In this document: piece after piece, positions 19,484 to 30,061 of the stretch
Layout: each line of letters begins with the position of its first letter
Numbering within the stretch: position 1 is the first letter of the stretch
DNA from: Minisyncoccia bacterium
GTDB taxonomy: Bacteria > Patescibacteriota > Minisyncoccia > SW-4-49-11
DNA: 47,688 nt
NCBI GenBank assembly: GCA_044341565.1
Contig: JBIIRM010000008.1
Coordinates: 1-47,688, forward strand
Reading direction: 5' to 3'
Notes under the pieces: generated by a model
What the model saw: the letters and a program-made list of their open reading frames with translations, nothing else
Told to the model about the DNA's origin: nothing
Databases searched by the model: none
Program-made: the position numbers and the translations under genes

Positions 19484-21421
19484 CTATACCAAATTCGGGG
19501 GATTGATTTCAATTTCCTGCCCATATTCTAATATGGGTACTAATTTGCGTTTGATAGAGGTGGCTTGTTTGGGTGAGGTTTGTATAGTGAGGGTAAAGCG
19601 ATACAGACCCTTGCCTCGAGCAATATATTTTTCTAAAGGTCCAAGAGCTCGTATATGTATACTAGACAAAGCCTCTTTGATGCGGAGAGCCTGTGCGAGA
19701 GATTTGGATCTGATATGATGTTGTGAATGTATGGCGATAATCTCATATTGCGGGGGATAATGATAGAGATTGCGATTCTCATATTCTTGTTCCCATAACT
19801 CGGCAATGGGGTGATTGAGTATGGTATGAATATGTGAGGGGCTTTCCTCATCACGATTCCAAGCGGTAAATGTCTGTATTAGAGTTTTATCACTATGCAT
19901 TATGAGCTCGGATAAAACCTGTATTGACTTTTCTCGAATAGTATAATCAGGGAAATTGACCAGGGATTCAGCTGAGGGAATAATGGTGAGAGTTTTCGGT
20001 ATTATATCTAGAAATTTATGTATCATACGCGTGGTGAGGAGAATTGCGGGTTTCACCTGATTAAAATTATCTATAATACTTTGCTGATGTTCCAAGTTAC
20101 TGGCGGTATCACTAGAAAGTACAAAATGGGGGGTGTTGGGGAATAAGGATTTACTAAAATCTTCAATTTTCTCAATTCCAATTCCTCCTTGATGTAAATT
20201 GAGGGATTTGCATTGTGGGCAAATATGTATCATCTTAAACCATTTATGTGAGCTATGGGATAATAATACTTGATTCTCGGTATAATTGGGTATGGCTTTT
20301 GGTAAAGTGTCTACACGATGTACTGTGAGTAAAGTTCCTGTTTTGGGGTCTCTGAGGTGATATCCACAATCTCGGCAAGATACATACAGGGATTCTCCTC
20401 GGCGATTGACATATATAATGGCGGATTGATTATTTTGTAGAGACTTCTGTATAGCTTTTTGGGCTGGTATTGATAATAAATCTCTATTTCCCTTATAGAA
20501 TTCGGTTTGCATTTCAATCAAATTGATTTTGGATTTAGGGATATGGGGATATAACTCAGTAGGGAGGCTAAGATTATGAGACTCTAGGATTGCAAGTGTA
20601 CTAATGCTCGGAATAGTAGAAGCAAGAGTAATATTGGCTTGATATAATTTAGCAACTTCTAAGGCGATACTGGTTGTATGATAATGAGGTTTGGTATCAA
20701 AAGAATAATAGGCTTCAGATGACTCATCTTCTATAATAATATGAGTTAAATGCTGAAAGGGTAAGAATATACTACTTCTGGTACCAATAATAATCTTAGC
20801 TTCTCCTGATTTAACTTGAGACCAAGCGGCTCTATGGGCGGTAATGCCAAGTTGTGAGCTGATGAGTAGGGGATTGAAGTCCGCAAATTCAAGAGCAAAA
20901 CTCTCGAGGCTAATAGTATCGGGTACTAATATCAGTATTTGGCCTATAGTTGATTTGAGAATAGTATGATAGTGTTTGATTCTTTTGGAGAGGGTCCCGA
21001 GGAATACTTTTGGGATATAATGAGGCCCTAACTCTATCTCTGGAGAGGCTACATTGAGTATATTTGGATAACGTTTTATTTTGTTTGATAATTTTGGCAG
21101 GAATAATTTAATAATATTGCCAAGAGCATGGGCATAATAATTACTCATCCATTGGGCTAAGTTTAATTGTTGGCTTGTTAATAGGCTATTATCAGAAAAT
21201 CGCTTACGAATTGGCTTGGGACTAAAGCTTGCAAATTTCTTTAAATCTTGTTTAGCATTTGTCAGCTCTTGACAAAAGTAAACTATTGCGGTAATATCTG
21301 TGTTACGAACTTCCACAACAATCAATGTTCCGGGGAGAATATTCTCGGAAGCATAATAGGTCAAAGTTTGGCTTATTTGACCAGGAAGTTTGATAAGAGG
21401 GACAACTTGCAAAATATACAT
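19484..21421 (-). CDS. priA: primosomal protein N' (PriA) homolog with degenerate ATPase motifs
   Basis: The helicase-core region (ILILVPDTISL...IIIGTRSSIF...IIIEDESSEAYY) and the Cys4 zinc-finger region (CRDCGYHL...CPQCKS) both align to PriA by eye. The Walker A position reads GTLSKRIK instead of GxxGxGKT. The DExH position reads EDES. The fmt-def-priA neighbourhood is conserved. Confidence 0.65.
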   Translation of the reverse strand: MYILQVVPLIKLPGQISQTLTYYASENILPGTLIVVEVRNTDITAIVYFCQELTNAKQDLKKFASFSPKPIRKRFSDNSLLTSQQLNLAQWMSNYYAHALGNIIKLFLPKLSNKIKRYPNILNVASPEIELGPHYIPKVFLGTLSKRIKHYHTILKSTIGQILILVPDTISLESFALEFADFNPLLISSQLGITAHRAAWSQVKSGEAKIIIGTRSSIFLPFQHLTHIIIEDESSEAYYSFDTKPHYHTTSIALEVAKLYQANITLASTIPSISTLAILESHNLSLPTELYPHIPKSKINLIEMQTEFYKGNRDLLSIPAQKAIQKSLQNNQSAIIYVNRRGESLYVSCRDCGYHLRDPKTGTLLTVHRVDTLPKAIPNYTENQVLLSHSSHKWFKMIHICPQCKSLNLHQGGIGIEKIEDFSKSLFPNTPHFVLSSDTASNLEHQQSIIDNFNQVKPAILLTTRMIHKFLDIIPKTLTIIPSAESLVNFPDYTIREKSIQVLSELIMHSDKTLIQTFTAWNRDEESPSHIHTILNHPIAELWEQEYENRNLYHYPPQYEIIAIHSQHHIRSKSLAQALRIKEALSSIHIRALGPLEKYIARGKGLYRFTLTIQTSPKQATSIKRKLVPILEYGQEIEINPPNLV

Positions 21422-21565
21422 ACATATAGTATACTCTATTAACAGTAAAAGTGAATATACAATTTATACATTCACACAAAAGAACAGAATTAATCTCTAA
21501 CAGATATAATGCCTGTCATTTACTGTTATCTAATTAATCATTTATATATTATGAAGAAGTATCAT

Positions 21566-22006
21566 ATGACCCAATCAGGGCTAGAAAAGGCACAAGTAGA
21601 ACTTGAGGCTCTTTTGGTACGACGCAAGGAAATTGTTGAAAAAATTAAATTTGCTAAGGAACAAGGGGATTTGAAAGAGAATTCAGAGTATCATGAAGCT
21701 AAAAATGATATGGCTTTTAATGAATCTAAGATTCTAGAGTTAGAAGATTTGATTCGAAATGCAGAAATTATTGAGGCTCCAAAGCAATCTCAATTTGTAT
21801 CAATAGGGTCTCGTATCAAAGTAAAAGGGAAAAGAGGAGAAAGAGAATTCCTTATTGTAGGAGCTTCTGAAGCTAATCCAGCTGAGAGTAAAATTTCAGA
21901 TGAATCTCCACTTGGATCTGCTTTTATACATCGCAGTGTTGGAGAAGAAGTAGAAGTAGCAACTCCTGCTGGAAATCAACAATATACTATTATTGAAATC
22001 GCATAA
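21566..22006 (+). CDS. greA: transcription elongation factor GreA
   Basis: An N-terminal coiled coil is followed by the C-terminal FKBP-like domain (ISDESPLGSAFIHRSVGEEVEVATPAGNQQYTIIEI). The track ORF begins at 21509 and MTQSG at 21566 is the likely start. Confidence 0.85.
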   Translation: MTQSGLEKAQVELEALLVRRKEIVEKIKFAKEQGDLKENSEYHEAKNDMAFNESKILELEDLIRNAEIIEAPKQSQFVSIGSRIKVKGKRGEREFLIVGASEANPAESKISDESPLGSAFIHRSVGEEVEVATPAGNQQYTIIEIA

Positions 22007-22060
22007 TTTAGTCCTGATTCGTTTGCACAAATAGATAGTATTTGGTATTATAACAATAAT

Positions 22061-23542
22061 ATGAGTAAATCATTTTTTGTTACCACACCAATTTATTATC
22101 TGAATGGGGAACCTCATCTCGGGCATTATTATGCAACCACTATTGCTGATGTATTAGCACGCTATAATCGTAAATTTGGAGAGGGGGCTTTTTTCTTAAC
22201 TGGAACCGATGAACATGGACAAAAAGTAGCCGAAGCAGCAAACAAAGATAATATAACTCCCCAAGAATATACCGATAAATTATCTGCTATTTGGGAAGGA
22301 GTTTGGAAAGATTTGGATATTAGCTATGATTATTTTATTCGCACCACTAATCCTACTCATAAGGCTTTATGTCAATTTGTTATTCAAACATTATTAGAAA
22401 CTGATGATATATACCCACAAGAATATGAGGCATTATATTGTGTAGGAGCTGAGTCTTTTGTCACTCAATCTGAATTGAGAGTGGGGGGATTATGTCCTGA
22501 TCATGATGAGAAGCCACAAATTGTATTAGAAAAGAATTACTTTTTCCGATTAAATAAGTATAAGGATAGAGTTTTACAGCTTATAGATGATGGTAAGATT
22601 AATATTGTACCAGAATCTCGACGCAATGAGGCAATTGAGCTATTGAAAAATCCAGAAGTGGGAGATTTTTCGGTAACCCGAGAAAAAGTAAGCTGGGGTA
22701 TACCAGTGCCATTTGATACTAGTCAAACATTATATGTTTGGATTGATGCTTTATTTAATTATATGTCTGGAATATTGGCGAGTCAAAATATAGATATTAA
22801 GGATTTATCTATAGGAGAGATTTTAGCTAAAATTGGAGATATTTGGCCACCAGATTTGCATATTATTGGTAAGGATATTTTGAAATTCCATGCAGTATAT
22901 TGGCCAGCCTTCCTTTTGGCCTTCGGAATACCAGAAGAGAATTTACCGAAGACAATTCTCATCACAGGATTTTTCCTCTCTGATGGGCGTAAAATGAGTA
23001 AAAGTATTGGAAATGTAATAGTTCCTCAAGATATTATTACATATTTTGATGAGATAACGGATGGACTTGGGAATGATATTTTGAGATATGTGATCCTGAG
23101 AGAAATGCGAATTGGGAATGATGGAGATATTACCAAGGAGAAAATTATTGGAATTTATCAATCGGAACTTGTCAATAAATTTGGCAATACTTTTAGTCGT
23201 GTAATTGGAATGGCAAAGAAATATGACGTGCAAGTACAGCCTGAATCAAGTGCAGTCTTTCAAGATTATCATAATGCTTTTCAAAAATATGATATTTATG
23301 GTACAATACATAGTATATTTGAGCAGATCAATATCATTGGTCAAGAAATAGAGTCTCATAAACCCTGGGAATTATATAAAGAGGGAAAAACTGAGGAATT
23401 ATTTACTCTTATGCAGAATTGGCTAAAGTCTCTTCATCAAATTACAGAGATAATTGAACCAATAATGCCATCAACCGCAAATTTGATGAAGAAGCTACTT
23501 GCAGGAGAGAGTATTCACATATTCCCACGCATAGAAAAGTAA
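22061..23542 (+). CDS. metG: methionyl-tRNA synthetase (short form without C-terminal tRNA-binding domain)
   Basis: The class I motifs HLGH (PHLGHYY) and KMSKS are both present. The protein is 493 aa. Confidence 0.9.
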   Translation: MSKSFFVTTPIYYLNGEPHLGHYYATTIADVLARYNRKFGEGAFFLTGTDEHGQKVAEAANKDNITPQEYTDKLSAIWEGVWKDLDISYDYFIRTTNPTHKALCQFVIQTLLETDDIYPQEYEALYCVGAESFVTQSELRVGGLCPDHDEKPQIVLEKNYFFRLNKYKDRVLQLIDDGKINIVPESRRNEAIELLKNPEVGDFSVTREKVSWGIPVPFDTSQTLYVWIDALFNYMSGILASQNIDIKDLSIGEILAKIGDIWPPDLHIIGKDILKFHAVYWPAFLLAFGIPEENLPKTILITGFFLSDGRKMSKSIGNVIVPQDIITYFDEITDGLGNDILRYVILREMRIGNDGDITKEKIIGIYQSELVNKFGNTFSRVIGMAKKYDVQVQPESSAVFQDYHNAFQKYDIYGTIHSIFEQINIIGQEIESHKPWELYKEGKTEELFTLMQNWLKSLHQITEIIEPIMPSTANLMKKLLAGESIHIFPRIEK

Positions 23543-23547
23543 AAAGT

Positions 23548-24528
23548 ATGAATTGGTTTCGAAGACAAACAGTAATATTCAAAATAGGGATAATCATTAT
23601 CTTGATTTTGGGATGTATTGTATTACTGAGAGGAGGTAATATTAAAAAAATAGAAGTTGCTCAGACAGGGACATATACTTATACGGGTGCTACTAATTAT
23701 ACTAATACATGTACAGGTGGTTTTGTGTGTACCAATATTGCTTATAATGATATTAATAATAAACCAGTTAATGTGGTTGTTTTTTCGGATAAACTAACTA
23801 CTCCTTCCCCAGTAGATTTAGTTGATGTTTTAGTGGTATATCATGGAACAGTGGATACCAATGATAAAATTGAAGGGGCTGCAAAACAAACTTTGGCACA
23901 GTTTAAAAATATATTAAGTTCCCAAAATAAAGATATGCTTATAATAAGTGTTGCTTACCCTGAAGGGGATTTATTAATGGGGGATAATGTTACAGCTTCA
24001 TTAGCTGCATTAGATTGGGCTTTGGATAAAACTGGAGTTAATGGTGCTAGTAAAACATTAGGGGTGAATATTAATAAGGTATTTATTGCTGGACACTCGC
24101 AAGGTGGATATACTGTGGTTCGTTTGAATAGTCTTAGAGAAACAGCAGGAGTAATTGCAAATGCACCCGGACCTATTGATTTAGTATATCGATGTGGTCT
24201 TGATGAGGCTACTAAAAATGGGAAGTCTAGTAAGACTTGTGTCAATTTATATAATGAGTATGGTTCGGTATCTACTAATCCCAATCCATACAAAGATAGA
24301 TCTCTCTCTGGTTTTACTAATAATTTTAAATCTGATATATTATTGAATCAAGGAATGCAAGATGATGAAATTCAGATTTATCTTTGGCCAGGATTCAAAC
24401 AACAGGTGAAAGATTGCACAACCTGTAAAGAGACAAAATTTGTAGAAGTGCAGGGAAAACACGCATCATTATTCGTCAATCCTATTTCAATACAAGAGTT
24501 TAATACATTTATATCTACTCGTAGATAA
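23548..24528 (+). CDS. secreted alpha/beta-hydrolase-fold esterase/lipase-like protein
   Basis: An N-terminal signal-anchor (IGIIIILILGCIVLL) is followed by the nucleophile elbow GHSQGG. Several Cys pairs are present. Confidence 0.5.
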   Translation: MNWFRRQTVIFKIGIIIILILGCIVLLRGGNIKKIEVAQTGTYTYTGATNYTNTCTGGFVCTNIAYNDINNKPVNVVVFSDKLTTPSPVDLVDVLVVYHGTVDTNDKIEGAAKQTLAQFKNILSSQNKDMLIISVAYPEGDLLMGDNVTASLAALDWALDKTGVNGASKTLGVNINKVFIAGHSQGGYTVVRLNSLRETAGVIANAPGPIDLVYRCGLDEATKNGKSSKTCVNLYNEYGSVSTNPNPYKDRSLSGFTNNFKSDILLNQGMQDDEIQIYLWPGFKQQVKDCTTCKETKFVEVQGKHASLFVNPISIQEFNTFISTRR

Positions 24529-24803
24529 TTACTATCTTGATTTTAGTATATATTACTCTCAGTAATATATACTAAAAGAACAGAAGCTCCTTTTGTTCCA
24601 TATAATGGGGGTACATGAGAGGGATTCTCAATAGAAGAACCTATTAATTATTGGGTAAAAAGGAATCGAACGACTCAAATACCAATAATTACTAATTTCC
24701 CTGATATTAATAAAAAAGATAAAAGTATATATATAGATGGTGTGTGAGGTATGGAATTTCTTAAAAAATAAATCGAAGTAAAAGGCTTCTCATCTCATAC
24801 AAC

Positions 24804-24835
24804 TTCTAGCAAAATTATAGAATATATGGTATAAT
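24804..24835 (+). promoter_or_regulatory. candidate extended -10 promoter for gatB
   Basis: TGGTATAAT (extended -10, TGnTATAAT) lies at 24827-24835, 33 nt upstream of the gatB ATG. The -35 is weak (ttctag). Confidence 0.35.
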
Positions 24836-24867
24836 GAGGTATAAAATAATACCTATACAGTGTTTAT

Positions 24868-26355
24868 ATGAGAGAATACGAAGCAGTGATCGGGATGGAA
24901 GTACATGTCGAGTCCAAAACAAATTCTAAAATGTTCTGCTCCTGTATAAATGGGAGAGGATTAGAAGATAAGCCTAATATCAATATTTGTCCTATTTGTA
25001 CTGGGCATCCTGGGACACTACCAGTTCCTAATCGTGAGGCTTTGGTTAAAATAACTCGATTTGGGCAAGCTTTAAATTGTCAAATTTCTGATTATACTTG
25101 GTTTGAACGTAAAAGTTATTTTTATCCCGATTTGCCAAAGGGTTATCAGATTACCCAATATGAAAGACCTATTTGTTATGAGGGTGATATTGAAATATTA
25201 ACCTCAAAAGGTCCAAAGCATATTCGTATTACCCGAATTCATATGGAAGAGGATACGGGTAAATTATCTCATATTAATGGGAAAACCGTTGTGGATTATA
25301 ATAGAGCGGGACTTCCTTTGATGGAACTTGTGACTGAGCCTGATATTCGAAATGCCGAGGAGGCAAAAATATTCTGTGAAGAATTGCAATTAATATTGCG
25401 TTATCTTGATATCTCAGATGGAGATATGGATAAAGGACAAATGCGCTGTGAGGTCAATATTTCTCTTCGAGAAAAGGGGACTGAAGCTTTTGGAACTAAG
25501 GTGGAAATTAAAAATTTAAATTCATTTCGTGTAGTAGAGCAAGCTATTGAATATGAAATTATCCGTCAAACTGAGGTTATATCACAGGGTGGAGAAATAG
25601 TGCAGGAAACCAGAGGTTGGGATGATGCTAAATCTATTACCTTTAGTCAGCGTAAAAAAGAAAATGCACATGATTATCGATACTTTGTAGAGCCTGATAT
25701 TCCTCCTTTTGAGACGGCAGATATTGTGACTGATGCAGCCTCTATTACTGCTGAACTTCCTATTGCAAAGAGAAAGCGATTCATGGATGAATATCAATTA
25801 GCTATACAGCAGGTTGAGATTTTAGTCCGTAATAAGGCTCTAGCTGATTATTTTGAACAGACAATATCTGAATTAAAAGCTTGGACAGAAGCTGAGACTA
25901 AAGAATTTACTGCTGAAGAGACTGCTAAATTAATCAAATTATCTGCTAATTATCTTCTGACTGAGCTAATTAAGCATTATTCTGAGAAAGGTTTGACATT
26001 TGATAATTCTCCTATTAGTCCTGAGAATTATGCTGAATTTATCAAAATTGTATTTAGTGGAGAGGTATCATCTACAGGAGCACAGACATTATTATTCCAA
26101 ATGATTGAGACGGGTTCAGACCCTAGTGATATTGTGGAATCTCAAGGATTAAAGCAAGTAAATGATACGAATGCTCTGCAGGGAATTGTAGATCAAGTCA
26201 TTACCGAAAACCCCAAAGTAGTGCTAGACTATCAGAATGGGAATGAAAATGTGTTACAATTCTTAATAGGGCAGGTAATGCGCTATTCTAAGGGTAGTGC
26301 TAATCCACAAATTGCAAGACAAATTCTTCACGATACTATTACTCAGAATAAATAA
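24868..26355 (+). CDS. gatB: Asp-tRNA(Asn)/Glu-tRNA(Gln) amidotransferase subunit B
   Basis: The N-terminus YEAVIGMEVHVESKTNSKMFCSC is a characteristic GatB start. The C-terminal YqeY-like domain is present. Confidence 0.9.
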   Translation: MREYEAVIGMEVHVESKTNSKMFCSCINGRGLEDKPNINICPICTGHPGTLPVPNREALVKITRFGQALNCQISDYTWFERKSYFYPDLPKGYQITQYERPICYEGDIEILTSKGPKHIRITRIHMEEDTGKLSHINGKTVVDYNRAGLPLMELVTEPDIRNAEEAKIFCEELQLILRYLDISDGDMDKGQMRCEVNISLREKGTEAFGTKVEIKNLNSFRVVEQAIEYEIIRQTEVISQGGEIVQETRGWDDAKSITFSQRKKENAHDYRYFVEPDIPPFETADIVTDAASITAELPIAKRKRFMDEYQLAIQQVEILVRNKALADYFEQTISELKAWTEAETKEFTAEETAKLIKLSANYLLTELIKHYSEKGLTFDNSPISPENYAEFIKIVFSGEVSSTGAQTLLFQMIETGSDPSDIVESQGLKQVNDTNALQGIVDQVITENPKVVLDYQNGNENVLQFLIGQVMRYSKGSANPQIARQILHDTITQNK

Positions 26356-26361
26356 TCAGAT

Positions 26362-26952
26362 ATGCAGATTCAATGGCAAAATAATACGACAATTACAATA
26401 AAAGGAAAAGATTATCGGGTGATTATCAATCCTATTGAGGCTGAGGAGGGGAAATTTATTATACCTCAAAAAGAAAATGATTTATTGATTTCTACGAAAG
26501 CTGTGACAATAGCTGATGTGAAGGGATTTCATATTAATGGGGCTGGAGAATATTCTTATCAGGGAGTTACAGTCAGAGCTGCTGCAATTCGGCAAATTGA
26601 AGATGAAGATAAAATTAATCTTATTTCTCTTTCCGTAGAAAATATATTAGTGGCAATAGTATTTGGTATCAAAAAAGAATTAACTTCAGAGGATTTAGAA
26701 TTCATAGGGAGCCCAGATATTCTTGTATTATCATTGAGTGAATCATTTGGATCAGAGAAATCTCTCCATCTTATTAATGCTATTGAGCCTCGTATTGTAA
26801 TCCCGGTATATACACAGGATTCACAATTACAGGGATTAGTGAGTGAATATGGGGTAAAACAAGAGCCTCAAGATGATTTTAGTATCAAAAAATCAGAGCT
26901 TCCATTCGATACTGTCGAAATAAAACCTCTTATACAGCAGATTAAATCTTAA
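26362..26952 (+). CDS. hypothetical protein
   Basis: The ORF is tightly packed between gatB and gyrA with codon usage like its neighbours. No motif was recognised by eye. Confidence 0.4.
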   Translation: MQIQWQNNTTITIKGKDYRVIINPIEAEEGKFIIPQKENDLLISTKAVTIADVKGFHINGAGEYSYQGVTVRAAAIRQIEDEDKINLISLSVENILVAIVFGIKKELTSEDLEFIGSPDILVLSLSESFGSEKSLHLINAIEPRIVIPVYTQDSQLQGLVSEYGVKQEPQDDFSIKKSELPFDTVEIKPLIQQIKS

Positions 26953-26957
26953 AGACT

Positions 26958-29453
26958 ATGGCAGACGATACCAAAATTTCAACAATTGAGAATATAGGAA
27001 CTATTGAGCTTACAGATATTGTGGCTGAGATGGAGCGCGCCTATATTGATTATTCAATGAGCGTAATTGTAGATAGAGCTCTTCCTGATGTAAGAGATGG
27101 ATTAAAACCAGTGCACAGAAGAATTTTGTATGCTATGCATGAACTTGGTTTGAGGCCAGAAGCAAAATTCCGTAAATCAGCTACCATAGTTGGAGAAGTA
27201 CTCGGAAAATACCATCCTCATGGAGATACTGCTGTATATGATTCTTTGGTTCGTATGGCACAAGATTTCTCTTTGAGATATACCTTGGTAAAAGGACAGG
27301 GAAACTTTGGATCTATGGATGGTGACTCAGCTGCAGCTATGCGATATACTGAGGCTAAAATGGACAAAATTGCTCGAGAAATGCTTGTCGATATTGATAA
27401 GAAAACTGTCAATTTTATTCCTAATTATGATGGAAGTATAGAAGAGCCAACAGTATTACCAGCGAGAGTTCCTAATCTTCTTATTAATGGAGGAACAGGA
27501 ATTGCTGTAGGTATGGCAACTAATATTCCACCTCATAATTTAAAAGAAATTGTAGGAGCAACTATTGCTTTGATTGAAAATCCAGAAATTACTATTGAAG
27601 AATTATTACATTTTGTTAAGGGACCAGATTTCCCAACTGGAGGAGAATTATATAATATTGAAAATATTCGGCAAGTATATGCTACTGGAAGAGGACCTCT
27701 TGTTACTCGAGCTAAAGCTGAAATTGTAGAGCGAACCAAAAAGGGAAATGCTTTTGATATTATTGTCTCAGAAATGACATATCAAACCAATAAATCTACT
27801 TTGATTGAGAAAATGGCTAATATGGTCAGGGATAAAAAACTTGATGGTATTAAGGATATTCGAGATGAATCTGATAGAGATGGAGTAAGAGTAGTAATTG
27901 AGCTTAAATCTGATGCTTATCCACAAAAAGTTCTCAATAAATTATACAAATTAACTGATTTACAAAAAACCTATCATGTGAATATGTTGGCTCTTTGTGA
28001 TGGTATTGAACCTAAAACCTTATCATTAAAGCAAGCCCTACAATATTATATTATTCATCGTAAAGAAGTTGTAACCCGAAAAACTGAATTCGAATTACAA
28101 CAGGCTAAAGATAGAGCTCATATTTTGGAAGGACTCAAAAAAGCTCTTGATTTTATTGATGAAGTTATTACAATTATTCGAGGATCTGAGAGTAAAGAAC
28201 TTGCTAAAGTAAATTTGATTAAGCGTTTTGAATTCAGCACATTACAAGTTCAAGCTATTCTCGATATGAGATTACAAACTCTGGCTGGATTAGAGCGACA
28301 AAAAATCCTTGATGAATTAGCAGAATTATTAATCCTTATCAAAGAACTGGAATCAATTCTTGGTTCAGAAGAAAGAATTTCCCAAATTATTAAAGATGAT
28401 TTGAAACAAGTATCCGAGCAATATGGTGATGAGCGAAAAACTCGTGTATTCCAAGAAGAGTTAGGAGATTTTAAAGAAACAGACTTTATTCCTAATGAGG
28501 ATACTATTATTATTTTGACTAAGGATGGATATATTAAGCGAGTAGACCCTAAAGAATATCGTTCTCAAAGACGAGGTGGGGTTGGAATTTCTGGAGTTAA
28601 AACTCGAGAAGATGATTCGGTATCAATTTTCCTCCATACCATTACCCATGCAAAATTATTATTCTTTACTAATGATGGAAGAGTATTGAAATTGAAGGCT
28701 TATGAAATCCCACAAGGATCTCGTATTGCCAAAGGTCAATCTATTGTGAATTTCTTGGAACTTACGAAAGATGAGCAAATTCAATCCATTTTACCAACTG
28801 AGGATGCTTCAGATAGCTTTGTATCCATTGTTACCAAATTTGGTATTATCAAGAAAAGTGCAATGTCAGTATATTCCAATGTGAGAAAGGGTGGAATTAT
28901 TGCTATTAATCTCAAGGACAAAGATAGTCTTATACAGGCAACTATTACTCATCCTGATGATGATGTGATTTTATTTACAGCTCAAGGAAAAGCTATACGA
29001 TTTTCTCAAGAAGAATTAAGACCAATGGGAAGAACTGCATCTGGAGTAAAAGCAATTACATTAAAACCTGATGACTCAGTATTATCTATGCAAACAATTC
29101 GTTCTGGAGATGAGCAAGGATGGCTTGTGATTGCAACAGCCCAAGGATATGGTAAAAAAAGTAAATTAAGTCATTATAAAGTACAAAGACGAGGTGGGGG
29201 AGGAGTAAAGGTTTCTAAAATTACCACTAAAACTGGTCTTGTTATGGGAGCTCAAGTAGTAACCCCAGATAGTAAGGAATTGATCGCTATTTCTCTAGGG
29301 GGGAATATTATTAAGCTTAATATTCAAAAAGATATTCCGACCCTTTCCAGAGATACACAAGGGGTAAAAATTATGAGACTTAATAAAGATGATACTATTG
29401 CTTCAATCGCTGTTACTACGGAAGATGAAAAAGAAGAAGAAATAGAATCATAG
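26958..29453 (+). CDS. gyrA: DNA gyrase subunit A
   Basis: The motifs [14 protein letters not shown] and [20 protein letters not shown] are present, with the active-site Tyr in [11 protein letters not shown]-terminal beta-pinwheel repeats are present. Confidence 0.95.
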   Translation: MADDTKISTIENIGTIELTDIVAEMERAYIDYSMSVIVDRALPDVRDGLKPVHRRILYAMHELGLRPEAKFRKSATIVGEVLGKYHPHGDTAVYDSLVRMAQDFSLRYTLVKGQGNFGSMDGDSAAAMRYTEAKMDKIAREMLVDIDKKTVNFIPNYDGSIEEPTVLPARVPNLLINGGTGIAVGMATNIPPHNLKEIVGATIALIENPEITIEELLHFVKGPDFPTGGELYNIENIRQVYATGRGPLVTRAKAEIVERTKKGNAFDIIVSEMTYQTNKSTLIEKMANMVRDKKLDGIKDIRDESDRDGVRVVIELKSDAYPQKVLNKLYKLTDLQKTYHVNMLALCDGIEPKTLSLKQALQYYIIHRKEVVTRKTEFELQQAKDRAHILEGLKKALDFIDEVITIIRGSESKELAKVNLIKRFEFSTLQVQAILDMRLQTLAGLERQKILDELAELLILIKELESILGSEERISQIIKDDLKQVSEQYGDERKTRVFQEELGDFKETDFIPNEDTIIILTKDGYIKRVDPKEYRSQRRGGVGISGVKTREDDSVSIFLHTITHAKLLFFTNDGRVLKLKAYEIPQGSRIAKGQSIVNFLELTKDEQIQSILPTEDASDSFVSIVTKFGIIKKSAMSVYSNVRKGGIIAINLKDKDSLIQATITHPDDDVILFTAQGKAIRFSQEELRPMGRTASGVKAITLKPDDSVLSMQTIRSGDEQGWLVIATAQGYGKKSKLSHYKVQRRGGGGVKVSKITTKTGLVMGAQVVTPDSKELIAISLGGNIIKLNIQKDIPTLSRDTQGVKIMRLNKDDTIASIAVTTEDEKEEEIES

Positions 29454-29516
29454 AAATAGTTGACGATTTATAGGAATAACTATATACTAGATACAGGTAT
29501 AAAATAAAATCTCATT

Positions 29517-30059
29517 ATGTTAGAAACCACTACTCGATTTCTATCACCTCGTGAAATAGTACAGCAATTTGATTTAGAAGTTGGTATGAAAATTGCTGAT
29601 TTTGGATCAGGGGCAGGAGATTTTTCTATTGCCATTGCTCAATATATTCAGCCTACAGGGAAAGTCTTTGCAATTGATGTGATGGAATCAGCTCATCAAT
29701 CTCTTAGAAGTAAATATAAAATTCAAGGAATTACGAATATTGAACTGATTTTGACTAATCTAGAGACTGAAACAGGTTCTACTTTACCAAAAGAATCAGT
29801 AGATAGAGTAATGATACATAATATTTTATTTCAAGTAAATGATAAAAAACATTTGCTCAAAGAAGCTCATAAAATCTTAAAAGATAAAGGAAAATTAGTT
29901 GTAATAGAATGGGATATTTCAAGTCCAATAGGACCTCTTAAATCATCAAGAATTCCAGAGAGAGAATTAGTGTCCCTGATACAGAATAATGGTTTTGAAA
30001 TTGATCATAAAATTGACTCAGGAAAATACCATTATGGATATATATTTAATAAATCATAA
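29517..30059 (+). CDS. class I SAM-dependent methyltransferase
   Basis: The SAM-binding motif I is present as IADFGSGAGDFS. The protein is small (180 aa) with a Methyltransf_11/25-like layout. Confidence 0.6.
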   Translation: MLETTTRFLSPREIVQQFDLEVGMKIADFGSGAGDFSIAIAQYIQPTGKVFAIDVMESAHQSLRSKYKIQGITNIELILTNLETETGSTLPKESVDRVMIHNILFQVNDKKHLLKEAHKILKDKGKLVVIEWDISSPIGPLKSSRIPERELVSLIQNNGFEIDHKIDSGKYHYGYIFNKS

Positions 30060-30061
30060 AT

